A stretch of DNA of 64,000 nt from the NCBI RefSeq assembly GCF_001194135.2, contig NC_069000.1:28789818-28853817 (forward strand), in the 5' to 3' direction. Made by a program: the position numbers and the translations under genes. Positions 35,917 to 47,743 of this stretch are shown here, piece after piece. The number at the start of each line of letters is the position of its first letter. Positions within the stretch are counted from its first letter, which is position 1. The notes under the pieces are model-generated. The model had not been told where the DNA came from and did no database searches. It saw only the letters and a program-made list of their open reading frames with translations. The DNA comes from Octopus bimaculoides. Lineage: Eukaryota.

Positions 35917-37620
35917 AGGAATGAAGACAGAAACAGGTGCGCTGATGCAAAGGAAATATGTTGTTTACCCAACCTGAGGGAAGTGCTGGAGGAGAGAGAG
36001 TGGGAGACAGTAGGACAGAGATGGTGGCAAAGTGCTGGGCATACTCACAAGAGATGGGGATCAGATGGTTGAGTAAAGGAAGAGAAAGATATAAATGGTG
36101 GAAAGTGCCAGGGCATACCCTTGAAGCTCGAACTCCATAATATAAATGGCAGGATATTGTGATGGAAGTGTGATTAAAGAGTGCGGAGCGGTGGGAGTGA
36201 GTGGTGAAGACCTGGGTATATATAGAGTTGGGAAGGGGTGTCTACCGGGTAGCAATGATACAGAGAAACAGGGCCGTGAGGACAGGATCGGGGAGTGAGA
36301 GCTAGGCATAGTGTATGAAGGAGGAAATGTGAGGAAGAGATGTAGATTGATTTGTTGGGGTAGGTTGTGTGAAAGGTTTTCTTGTTACATGTGGGTGGAA
36401 CACACAGGCTCGGAACTAGCAGATAACAATGATACAGTGAGACGACATGGGTGGAACACACAGGTCGGAAGCTAGCAGAGAGCAATGATACACTGGCACA
36501 GGGCCAAGAGGACAGGATTGAGGAGTGGAAGGTAAGCCTAGTGCATTAAGTGGAAATGTGAGGAAGAGAAGAGATGGAGAGATGTAGTTTGGTTTGTTGT
36601 GGCAGAGTGTGTAAGAAATTTTCTTGTTAAGACACACAGCACTTCTAGAACACAGTTTTGCTGACATGGGCTGATCTTCTGAAGAACTTCATATTGCCAG
36701 ACATCTCAGTCTTTTGTCATTTCCTCCTTGAGGCTTAACATCCTGAGATTGGTCCTTACCACTTTATCACACATCTTCCTGGGTCTCCCTCTTCCATGGG
36801 TACCATCCACTTTCAGTGATCAGCACTTCTTTATGCAGCTGTCCTCATTCATATGCATTACATATCCAAACCAATGTAGTCTTCTCTCTTGCATGCTACA
36901 TTTGATTCCTCTTATGCCCAACTTTTCTCTCAATACATGTGCACTTTATCGTACATGCGCACTGATGTTGTACATCCAACAGAGCATACTACCTTCATTT
37001 CTCTCCAGTCTACACATATCTTCTGTATTCAGAGCCCATGTCCCACTACCATGGAGTATAGCCATTTGCACACAAGCATCACCTTTTACTCTGAGAGAGA
37101 GTCCTTTTGTTGCCAACAGAGGTAAATAGCTCTCTGAACTGCCTCCACCCAATTCTTATTCTAGAAACAATACTTTCAGAACATCCTCCACCATTGCTAA
37201 TTTTGTCACCTAGGCAACAGAAACTATCTACAACCTCAAGAGAGCCTTCTGGGCATTTGAGAGAATCTAAGCCTTCATGTGCTCTTAGTACTTATTGTTC
37301 CTGCACAGCTGCCACATACAAAGATGACTTTATCTGTTAATCCATCTGTGATTCCACTGCATCTCTAATGTGTCCATAGTTTACACTGGGTGCTACAAAT
37401 GGAATTTCTTCCAACTCCTTTCCTATATACTGAGCAGGGCCATTTACCTGACAAAGAGAGTTTTATCTTCTTTCTTACTAACAACAACTTTGGTCTTAGC
37501 TACTTTAACCTTAAGGTCCTTTGATTCCCGGTTTTGTTTCCATGCCTGGAGTTTCTTCTCCAATTCTGCTAAAGATTCTGCAATAAGGGCAAGGGTGTCA
37601 GCATAAAGAAGACTACATTG
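35310..37620 (-). mobile_element. RTE LINE (LLYAD to 3' tail) interrupted by an ~800-bp block
   Basis: LLYAD at ~37600-37620, Cys-rich insert, C-terminus to ~36690. 3'UTR at 35430-35850, then a (GAT)n/(GAG)n tail at ~35310-35420. Confidence 0.8.
36251..36640. repeat. Diverged ~230-bp tandem duplication with a nested ~55-bp duplication
   Basis: AGCAATGATACA...CAGGGCC...GAGGACAGGAT...GGAAATGTGAGGAAGAGA...TTTCTTGTTA occurs at 36251 and 36481. TGGGTGGAACACACAGG...CTAGCAGA occurs at ~36392 and ~36448. Confidence 0.8.
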
Positions 37621-38369
37621 GATAATGTAGTCTTCTGCCAGGCAAAATAAATGAGACAGTCATTGCTAGAATACCTTTTGTTATATATAAGTCTTTACAG
37701 CCAGTGATGAACTGAGAATAAACAACACCAATAATGAAGTTTCTGCATCGTCATTCAAGTAGCTGCCAATTTCCCCTCAAATTAGTCTCTGCCAGCTTGA
37801 AAAAAAGGAAGGCCACATAGTTCAAGATTCAATGTCTAAAAAAAAAAAAGATAAAGGACATGATGGTCACAGCTGGAATGCCTTTGATCATAGATTTATT
37901 TCATCACAGCTGACCTGGGACTAAACATTCATAAAACCAACAAGAAGTGAAGGTACCTTGGATAATGTAGTCCTATTTACTTTTAAAAATAAACAATATC
38001 ATGCCTGAAAACTTTGATCACAAGTTTACTTGAGCAGGGTTCACCGGGATTAAACAACAACTGCAACTGAAACCAGCACCTTTATTATTGCATTCTTCTT
38101 CTGCTGTTGTTCATCAAGCACACATGATAAAAGGTGTTATAGCTATGAGCATAGAATTCATCAGGGACTTTATTATTCATGTGTCCTTTCTGTATTTAAG
38201 ATGGCAGGGGGAGATTTAGCTATTATTTCTTGCAGAGTTGCGTGACCTCATAGTACTTTCTTCATCGTTTGTTGAACATAGACAATAAATGGTTCAGAAC
38301 TGTAATGAAGAGAGACAAGATTCCTAATTTGTTGATAGTAAAATATTTTTATATGTAATTTAAATATGT

Positions 38370-38495
38370 AGGCACGGGCATGGCTGTGTGATAAGAAATT
38401 TGCTTCCCAACCACATGGTTCCAGGATCAGTCTCACTATGTGGATGACCAAAGCCTTGAGAAAGCATTTAGTAGAAGGAAACTGAAAGAAGCCCA
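38370..38495 (+). mobile_element. SINE S1 tRNA-like head
   Basis: GGCTGTGTGATAAGAAATTTGCTTCCCAACCACATGGTTCCAGGATCAGTC, followed by the microsatellites typical of the S1 centre. Confidence 0.7.
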
Positions 38496-38594
38496 TAAAT
38501 ATCTATCTATCTATCTGTCTGTCTGTCTGTCTGTCTGTCTGCCTATCATCTATCTATCTATATACTTGTGTGTATGTATGTATGTGTGTGTGTG

Positions 38595-38641
<47 letters not shown>

Positions 38642-38650
38642 AATAATATA

Positions 38651-38687
<37 letters not shown>

Positions 38688-38899
38688 TATATACATACGT
38701 ATATGTACATACTTACAAGGAAGATGTGTTCTTGTCTGTCTCCTGTCCAAGCTTGATTTACGTGTTCGCCACCACAACCTTGTCTAGGCTTAGCAGCCCT
38801 TCCTGTTTGTTTTAACTGTCCTGTTTACGTTACCAATTTTAACCCTCTGCAAAACCCCAAATTTTATTTAATTTGATATGTAGGAGCAACTGTTTTATC

Positions 38900-39564
38900 A
38901 AAGGCATATCTAATTGTGAAATGCTCGAAATATGAGAGTAGAAAAACAGCCAACAACTGATGAAGGGTCGTTCGTTATGTTGTTTGTCTTGTTTTCCTTT
39001 TGTGTTTTTCGTTGTTCGAAAAAATAGGTCATATTCCTTGTACTCGTATTTCGTATTTTTTGTTGTACATGTTTCATGACATTCTGTGCCCACATATGCA
39101 TATATCTATATATATATGTATAGATGTAAGCATGTATATATATATGTATGTATATATGCATACATATATATATATACCTCTACCCCACACTCCACCCATG
39201 CCTTCCCCACCTCCCAACACCCTCACATCACACCACACCAATACCCTCGCATCACACCACGCACACACTACAACTGACCAACTACTTTCTCCCTTTCTCC
39301 CTTCCCCCATTTTCACACTACATACGTCAAGATCACCAGCATTCTACCTCCCACACACAGCCCCTCGTTCCCGATCACCGTTTGTTATCTCCCCCTTTCT
39401 TAGCTCTCCTGAAATAAGAATTTCTAACTTCCGGTCAGCCATTGTTATGATCGGCCATTATTATGATTGACCGTTGACTGAACACTATTCAATTTTTTTT
39501 CTCCGTGTTTTTCTCCTTGTCTCCGTATTCTTTCTGTTGAAGAGCGTAGCTCGAAACGTCAAAG
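38900..39564 (+). mobile_element. Penelope-like remnant running into a gap
   Basis: Hammerhead at its end. No RT/GIY-YIG ORF seen, so the boundaries are loose. Confidence 0.45.
39530..39564 (+). ncRNA. Minimal hammerhead motif with variant core CUGUUGA
   Basis: CTTT-CTGTTGA-A-GAGC(GTA)GCTC-GAAAC-GTC-AAAG. Confidence 0.75.
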
Positions 39565-40349
39565 NNNNNNNNNNNNNNNNNNNNNNNNNNNNNNNNNNNN
39601 NNNNNNNNNNNNNNNNNNNNNNNNNNNNNNNNNNNNNNNNNNNNNNNNNNNNNNNNNNNNNNNNNNNNNNNNNNNNNNNNNNNNNNNNNNNNNNNNNNNN
39701 NNNNNNNNNNNNNNNNNNNNNNNNNNNNNNNNNNNNNNNNNNNNNNNNNNNNNNNNNNNNNNNNNNNNNNNNNNNNNNNNNNNNNNNNNNNNNNNNNNNN
39801 NNNNNNNNNNNNNNNNNNNNNNNNNNNNNNNNNNNNNNNNNNNNNNNNNNNNNNNNNNNNNNNNNNNNNNNNNNNNNNNNNNNNNNNNNNNNNNNNNNNN
39901 NNNNNNNNNNNNNNNNNNNNNNNNNNNNNNNNNNNNNNNNNNNNNNNNNNNNNNNNNNNNNNNNNNNNNNNNNNNNNNNNNNNNNNNNNNNNNNNNNNNN
40001 NNNNNNNNNNNNNNNNNNNNNNNNNNNNNNNNNNNNNNNNNNNNNNNNNNNNNNNNNNNNNNNNNNNNNNNNNNNNNNNNNNNNNNNNNNNNNNNNNNNN
40101 NNNNNNNNNNNNNNNNNNNNNNNNNNNNNNNNNNNNNNNNNNNNNNNNNNNNNNNNNNNNNNNNNNNNNNNNNNNNNNNNNNNNNNNNNNNNNNNNNNNN
40201 NNNNNNNNNNNNNNNNNNNNNNNNNNNNNNNNNNNNNNNNNNNNNNNNNNNNNNNNNNNNNNNNNNNNNNNNNNNNNNNNNNNNNNNNNNNNNNNNNNNN
40301 NNNNNNNNNNNNNNNNNNNNNNNNNNNNNNNNNNNNNNNNNNNNNATAT

Positions 40350-40550
40350 TTGTGAGTGTGTGTTTGTCCCCCACCACTGCTTGATGGTTAATATTGGTGT
40401 GCTTGCATTCCCATGACTTAGTGGTTCAGTGGAAGAGACTGATAGAATAAATATCAGGTTTATGAAAAAAAAAAAGTTTGATTCATTTAACTAAAATTCT
40501 TCAAGATGGGTGCCCCAGGATGTCCACAGTCTAATTACTGAAACAAAGAA
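40350..40550 (+). mobile_element. SINE S1 3' half
   Basis: Similar to 15677-15880. Confidence 0.65.
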
Positions 40551-40935
40551 AAATGTTTAAAAAAAATATATTATTAGATGGAAGTATAGAGTGACTGTGA
40601 TTTGGAAATCTTGCCAGTGACAGCTTGTCAGATAGTATCAGATGAGCCTCATTGCCAGCAAAATTTCAAAGTCATGGTTACTCAGTAATTCTATCTAATA
40701 ACTTCACAACATTCACAACCATATGGTTTGGGATTTTTACGTATATCATCATCATCGTCGTCAAAGAGACTTTCTCTCTATGGCTGGAAGCCCTTCTTGT
40801 TGCCTACCCTCATCTGTTTTCAGGTAATGTAATATTTCATCATGACTGGACAGGTTTTTACAAAAGACTGGAAATTAGAGATGCTGCTTGTATGAGGGGA
40901 CATGTGTTTATATCCACTGCATAATGTCAAGACAA

Positions 40936-40980
<45 letters not shown>

Positions 40981-41224
40981 TGTATATGTATGATAAGTTC
41001 CCAGACAGTTTCTGTATACCAATTTCATTCACAAGGCACTTGGTCAACATGAGGATATAGAAGATATCCAAGATGCCAGACATCGAGACCAAGTCCCAAA
41101 CCACATGGATGCAAATCAAATTTTATGACCACAGACATGCTTGCATCTATATATGTGTTTGTACATGTTTCATAAAATATAACTCCTAAAGACATATTTA
41201 TCAGGTCCCTGGGCCTGACATGCA

Positions 41225-41490
41225 ACACTGGCATTGGCTATGGCTGTGATCTCACTTTAGTTGCCAGGTCTTCTCAAGCACAGCATATCTCCAAAGATCT
41301 CAGTCTCCTGTCATTGCCTCTGTGAGGCCCAAGGTTCAAAGGTCATGTTTTACCACCTCATCCCATGTCTTCCTAAGTCTATCTCTTCCACTGGTTCCTT
41401 CCAGTTAGGGAGTGGCACTTCCTCATGTAGCTGTCCTCATCCATACATAACACATGACCATACCAGCACAGCCATCTCTCTTGCACACCA
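41225..41490 (-). mobile_element. RTE LINE C-terminal fragment
   Basis: GVQERWLCWYGHVLCMDEDSYMRKC. Confidence 0.8.
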
Positions 41491-41704
41491 CACTGGCCAT
41501 GACTGTATGCATATATATACATATATACAAAATTTCGTCCTTTCTGAACCAAATACCCTGAAGTGACTATATATATATATAATGGAACTCTGATTATGTA
41601 TACCAGAAAAAATATATAAGTCAAAACAATTTGTTGGGCTTTCATGGTTTTTATAATTATTTATATAATATTATATTATGTTATGTTATATATTATATCC
41701 ATAG

Positions 41705-42152
41705 ATGCGTCATGAGATATGATATGCTTGAGAAGACCTCCTGAGTCAAGTAAATCCAATATCGTAGCTGTAGCCAGTGCCCCCTGGCTGGCTCCTGTGC
41801 CAGCGATGTAAAAAAGGACCATCCGAATGTGGTCGATGCCAGGTCGGCCTAACCGGCCCCTATGCTGGTGGCATGTAAAAAACACCATCTGAACATGGTC
41901 AATGCCAGTACCCCCTGACGGGCTCCTGTGCCAATGGCGTGTAAAAAACACTGTCCAAACGTGATCGATGCCAGCACCCATTATACTCTCGGAGTGACTG
42001 GCATTAGGAAGGGCATCCAGCTGTAGAAACATTGTGAGATCAGATTGGAGCTTGGTGCTGCTGCTGGCTCTCCAGACCTCAGTCAGACCATTCAACCCAT
42101 GCCAGCATGGAAAACAGACATTAAATGATGATAATGATGATGATGATGATGA
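41705..42152 (+). mobile_element. RTE 3'UTR with internal ~58-bp tandem units and (GAT)n tail
   Basis: Three copies of ...ATGTAAAAAA(C/G)ACCATC(C/T)GAA..TGGTC.ATGCCAG, then CCATGCCAGCATGG and (GAT)n. Confidence 0.8.
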
Positions 42153-42671
42153 TAATATATATATGTGTGTAACCATCATCATCTTCATCATTTTCAATGC
42201 TGATATAGGTCAGATGGAACTTTTTGAGATATTTGTTTTGCTAGATGCTCTTCTTGCCAGAACCCCACTTCTTTTCAAGTAAGGTACTTTTCATTTCAGT
42301 GATCTTCACATGTCATCTGAATAATGGGACATTTGTTTACTAGGGAATGTAAATAATTTCTCCATTCTTTTGTTCAGATGGTACTAATTAGGACATGCAG
42401 AATTGATGTCCACACACACACATACACACACACACACATGCATGACTGGCTTCCATACAGTTTCCACCTACCAATATTACTAACAAGGCTGTAGGCAGCC
42501 CAAGGCTATAGTAGAAGATATTTGCCCAATATACCAGGCAGTGAGACTAACCCTGAAACATGGTTTCCTTGATGAAGAATAAAACAAATAATAATGAATT
42601 GGTAGGGGAGATAAATCAGAGTAAATTAAAGATTAATATGAATGTTTAAATGTTGATATAAGTGTTTAAAT

Positions 42672-42910
42672 AAAGGCAGTGAGCTAGCACAAAAGGGCAG
42701 CAAGCTGGCAGAATCATTAGCATACTAGGTAAAATGCTTAGCAACATTTTGTCCCTTTTTTACATTCTGAATTCAAATTCCACTAGGGTTGATTTGCCTT
42801 TCATCCTTTTGAGGTTGATAAAATAAGTACCAGTTGACCAATGAGGTCAATGTAACTGACTTACCCTATACCCCAAAATTGCTGGCCTAGTGCCAAAATA
42901 CAAAACCAAT
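42672..42910 (+). mobile_element. Full-length SINE S2 with duplicated head start
   Basis: GGCAGCAAGCTGGCAGAATCATTAGC (A-box-like), GAATTCAAATTCC (B-box-like), ends CCAAAATACAAAACC. Confidence 0.85.
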
Positions 42911-43488
42911 ATAAATGTTTAAGTAAATAAGTAAATAAATACAAAGATTAGTCAGATTTGTTGATCACATGGGTAATAAATATTCTAGTGAATCACAACA
43001 CTGGATGTAGTGATGTGACTGCCAAACATTCCTGCTACAGGGGGCTGAGGAAAGAATATGAAGCTGAGGAGATGGAAGATGTATTTCCATAGTTGGTGGC
43101 CCAATGGGAGCAGGATAAATAGTGATTTGAGATGATAGCAATGAAAAACGGTGATATTTATGTGGTGGAAGTGGTGACCTGCTGTTTATTGTTATGATGT
43201 TAGTAGTGATGATGACAATTATAAGGATGAGAAAGATTCTGATGATCAAAAACTAAAAATAGTCTAACAATAAAAAAATAAAGCATACAAGACAAAATTA
43301 AATTTCTTAAGAACATTTTACAAATTCAGAAAATATGTTTAAGATGTAATAAAAATGTATTAAAAATAATGGTTTCAAATTTTTACACAAGGCCAGCAAT
43401 TTCAGGGTAGAGATAAGTCATTTACATCGACTTATTGACAAAGTGTAAGTATGAATGTATTGAGATACCTTAACTCTGTGTTTGCATT

Positions 43489-45547
43489 CACTGGGCAACA
43501 AAAAAGATCTATTGTCTGCTACCCAGACAAATGCAACTGTACCAAACTAAATCGAGTTCACTGATTCCGAATCTGAACTCAGAATTGCTGGAGCATGTCA
43601 GGATTTTGAGTTATGCGCATTATTATATATTAATACTATATTAGAATCAGGAATAGTTAAGTTCAAGGTAAATAATTATTATGTTAGTATATTAGTACTG
43701 TATATAGTAAATTTTATGTTCAAGGCAAATGGTATTATGATATAATGGTACATAGTATATTCTTGTTAAGGGAATACTCACTTTATTTTTGCACTTATGC
43801 ATCGTGCTGGTCTACCGTTGTAGAAACCAGTGGTAGTCATCCATTATGTGTAGATTGAACCAGCCTTGATACCTCGTTTCCATGTCAGATATGTCCTGGT
43901 GGAACCTCTCACCATGCTCATCACTAAGGGCACCAAAATTCGTTGGAAAAAAATCAAGATGAGAATGCAAGAAGTGCATTTTAAGGGACATTCGGTATCC
44001 CATTCTTTCATATGCTGTTAGCATGTTGTTTATTAAATCAGCATAGTTTTCATCTCTATGATTTCCAAGATAATTCTGTACAACTAACACAAATGAATTC
44101 CATGCCGTCAGCTCAACTGGATTCAGTTTACCTCTGAATATGCTATCAGATCTTGGTTCCAACGAAAATGACTGCTTTCAGTTTTGCATCACTTTTCTCT
44201 GCACCAAATTTTACTTTTAGGTACTAGAAGCCTCAACCATTGTGTTTCATTGCTTTTATGAAAAGGGCCGGAAGGAAGATCTTTTACAGGTCTACCAGTG
44301 GCACATGCTGCACATTGTACTGACCAACTATGCACTCATTTCTTTTAGGCCAGTCTTTTACAGTGTAATGATTGCTGTTGTCATGGCTGTTCCAAACACA
44401 CAAGAAGCACATACTTTTGGTATATCCCAGCTGCAGTCCTAGGAGGAGGGAAATCACCTTTAAATCACCACAAACATTCCACTTGTGAACTGAGTAATTA
44501 ACTCCTTTCAGAAAGAGTTCCATCAATTCATAAGTTTCTTCCATACTGACAGCTTGACCCACAGGAGTGGAAGGTTTTTCATTACCATTATATGACAACA
44601 CAGCTTTGAGGCTAACCTTACTCAAGTCTATAAACAATTTCCATTCATTAGCCACATGCACGTGTCCTAGTTTTTGCATGAGTGCATTGACATCAGTACA
44701 GAAACAGGGGGGTTCATCATGTGACATGTCAAGATTTTCAAGTGAAGCATGTGAGAGGGGAACTAGGACAGGGTTCTCAAAGTCATGTGGGACCAGTTTT
44801 AGAGCTGACTTAAAATCTGCATACACAACTTTTGCTTTGATCTTCTTTGAGAAACCACTGATATTAGTTATGCAAAGGTAACAATCAGAGACATGATTGA
44901 TTGGCTCACACCATACCATTGGTACAGCAAAAGGCATTCCCTTCTGTTTTCCATTCAGCCACTGTATAAGCCCTGAGTAGCATGTGGTGCAGCATATATG
45001 AGGTGCCCTCCTCTTGTCTTGATCACCAACTTTACATCTGAAATAATATTTATTGGCAATTTTTAATTTGGGGGCAATGTTCCTCTGCTAGTCACATGGA
45101 GCAAATTTTCCACAGACATAACAAAAGTTTTCTGGGTGATTCACACTGCCTTTCCTATTCATGATCTAACACAATGAACACAGTTAAAACAGTAATCACA
45201 TCGAGTGAAAGATACACATACCACATGTGACGGCAGAGCAAACAACACTGAGAGTTACCAAGAACAAACTGATGTATTTGGCATTGCACACAATATGTCA
45301 GTGCCATCTATTGCTAAACTAAATAATAAACTTTCTCATCATTTGTTTTATTGCTGCTGTTTCTTTAATTTTGAATTAAGATCACTTTCATTTTAACAAA
45401 TTTTATAATACAGTCAATAGCTAGCCAAAAATATAGTTATAATCTTGTGCATGCGCATAACTCAAAATCCTGACATGCTGGAACTATTCTCAATTTCATC
45501 TAAAACACCTGCTTTTACCCCAGTATTGAAATCTTTGTTGTCCAGTG
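43489..45547 (-). mobile_element. DNA transposon, Chapaev3-like (CMC superfamily)
   Basis: TIRs CACTGGGCAACAAA / CACTGGACAACAAA. Perfect 29-bp subterminal inverted repeat (43592-43620 versus 45451-45479). TSD not clean. Family name rests on motif recall. Confidence 0.75.
43790..45162 (-). pseudogene. Chapaev-like transposase with deletions and stops
   Basis: NHPENFCYVCG, GDQDK..APHICCTTC, PMVWCEPINHVSDCYLC, EWKLFID.SK.SLKAVL, CGDLKV, SHLDFFP.NFGALSDEHGERFHQDI..ME.RYQG. Confidence 0.85.
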
Positions 45548-45879
45548 TTATTGATAAATTTGAAAATACAAAGGTAGGCTGAAAGGTCATAGGCTGAAAG
45601 GTCATGATGCTGAAGCTGTGAAATCTTGCATACATTAATTTCAACTTCAAAACTGGATTGTTTCTTTCCAGGAAGTGCTAGAAAGTTTGAGCTTTTCGAG
45701 GTGATCCCAATAATAAAAAAGCATGTCTCATCATTTTATTTATTTATTTTTGTAATCTCTTGGATGCTTCAGTTCCCATAATATTTTGTTTTGTCTAGGG
45801 AGACAAGACAGTGGGCAGCAATATTCACATCAAAATTACTGGTGCTGGTACCACATAAAAAAAAACATACAGTACACTC

Positions 45880-46019
45880 CATAAAGTAATTGGTATTAGG
45901 AAGCACACCCAGCCATAGAAACCATGTTAGAACAGACAATGGAGCCTGGTGCAGCCCCCAGCCTTACCAGCTCCTGTCAAACCATCTAACCCATGCCAGC
46001 ATGGAAAAACAGATGTTAA

Positions 46020-46085
<66 letters not shown>
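45880..46085 (+). mobile_element. RTE 3'UTR with long (GAT)n tail
   Basis: CCATGCCAGCATGGAAAAACAGATGTTAAA followed by a long perfect (TGA)n run. Confidence 0.85.
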
Positions 46086-46087
<2 letters not shown>

Positions 46088-46896
46088 ACCTGAAAAATGC
46101 AGAGAAGTGAAAGATGATTCTATCAGAGTTTCTGGATTGGAAATTTCTAAGGATCCATGAGTGCATTCAGCAGGCCATATTGACTATATTTTTCAAATAT
46201 GCCAGCTTAGGTTGTCCATAGTTACATGTTAGTCTCTGATATTATTTAACACTACAAGATCTCCCAAAGTAAGAGAATATGACTGTTAAAGTAAACGCAC
46301 TCTTCCTTGTATATGTATGTGTGTGTACATACAGACAAATAAATATATATATGTGTATGTACACATAGGCACACACACACTCACACACATACACACACAC
46401 ACATTCACACACACACATATATATATATATATACAGAGAGAGAGAGAGTGAAAGAATGAATAAATTGGTGAAAATAGTAGAACACAGAAACTGGTGAATA
46501 AATGAAAGAAACAAATAAAGTGCCCAGCAATTCAAAATGTCTTTTGAGAAGTAAATTCTCCAAAAGGAAAAGTCAGAAGAGAGCAAGTTCTTTATACATC
46601 AAATTGCTACTGTCTGTTTCTCTAGACAGAACAATAGATCTCAGCAGATTATTGAAATTCCACCAGTCTTGTGACAGATTGAAAGTTCAAAAGTTCTGTT
46701 TTGTTCTGTTTGAGTGTGGCAGCTGAAAAATACAAAATACAGAATTGGACAAATAATATCAGGAGTCACACAGTCATTCATTCCTTGACACACACACAAA
46801 CACACACATGCATGCATGCACACATGTACACACGCATGCACGTGCACACACACATGCATGCACACATGTACACACACATGCACGTGCACACACACA

Positions 46897-46944
<48 letters not shown>

Positions 46945-47557
46945 AAGCACCTATGTTGAACTATTAAGAAATTTACAGCTAACCTACCCGGATTACATGT
47001 TCAAAGCACTGGGATGCATACATAAAACAAACTATGCAAATCTACACATGCACTGACTCTGAATATTGCATACATACACACAAACATGCACAAATACCCT
47101 GTTGATGTTGCTAAAATTCCAATGAAGGAGTATTGGATCTAGGTTAGAAACTAGCTCTTTCTCTTTTAGCAAGAAATCTTGAAAAAAACCTGTTATTATC
47201 TTTCTTCTATCCCTCTACCTAACATATTTTTCATAACATAGAAATGTAAAAATACACACAACCACACATACATGATCTGTGACAACAACATATACATAAA
47301 CACATCAACATTATAGATATAAGATTTACTTTGTGTGTGTTTCTTATATAAACACGCACAAGCATTGCTATCTTATAACTGTCTTCCGTTTTCCCTTCCT
47401 ATCTTTCTCTCTTTTCATTGCTCCTGTTCTCTATTCCTTTCTCCCCCTCTCTCTCTCTCCCTCTCTCCCTCTTCGCTCTCGCTCTCTCAAACGTATTCAC
47501 TACAATATAACTCATGTTCTTCAATATTTTGTAAATATACAAACTATGGAGCTTATG

Positions 47558-47675
47558 TAGGGTGTTAGGGTTAGGGTTTTAGGGTCAGGGTTAGGGTGTT
47601 AGAGTTAGGATTAGGGTTTAGGGTTATGGTTAGGGTTAGTGTTACGGTTATGGTTTTAGGGTCAGGGTTAGGGTT

Positions 47676-47709
<34 letters not shown>

Positions 47710-47743
47710 CGGTTTAGGGTTAGGGTAAGGATTAGGGTTGGGT
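47558..47743 (+). repeat. Interstitial telomeric (TTAGGG)n array with variants
   Basis: About 30 units: TTAGGG, TTTTAGGG, TCAGGG, TTACGG, TTATGG. Confidence 0.95.

Noticed and set aside
38957-39030. CTGATGA-AGGG as a fourth hammerhead
   Set aside because: No stem II closing onto GAAA and no downstream stem I partner in the right order. At most a decayed relic.
11024-40377. Long ORFs in the track at 11024-11647, 14767-15764 and 39474-40377
   Set aside because: They are open only because they run through N gaps.
42690-42790. tRNA genes at SINE heads (also 38370, 58215)
   Set aside because: A/B-box-like motifs are present, but there is no complete cloverleaf and they continue into SINE bodies.
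47558-47743. True chromosome end
   Set aside because: The array is short, degenerate and flanked by ordinary sequence on both sides.
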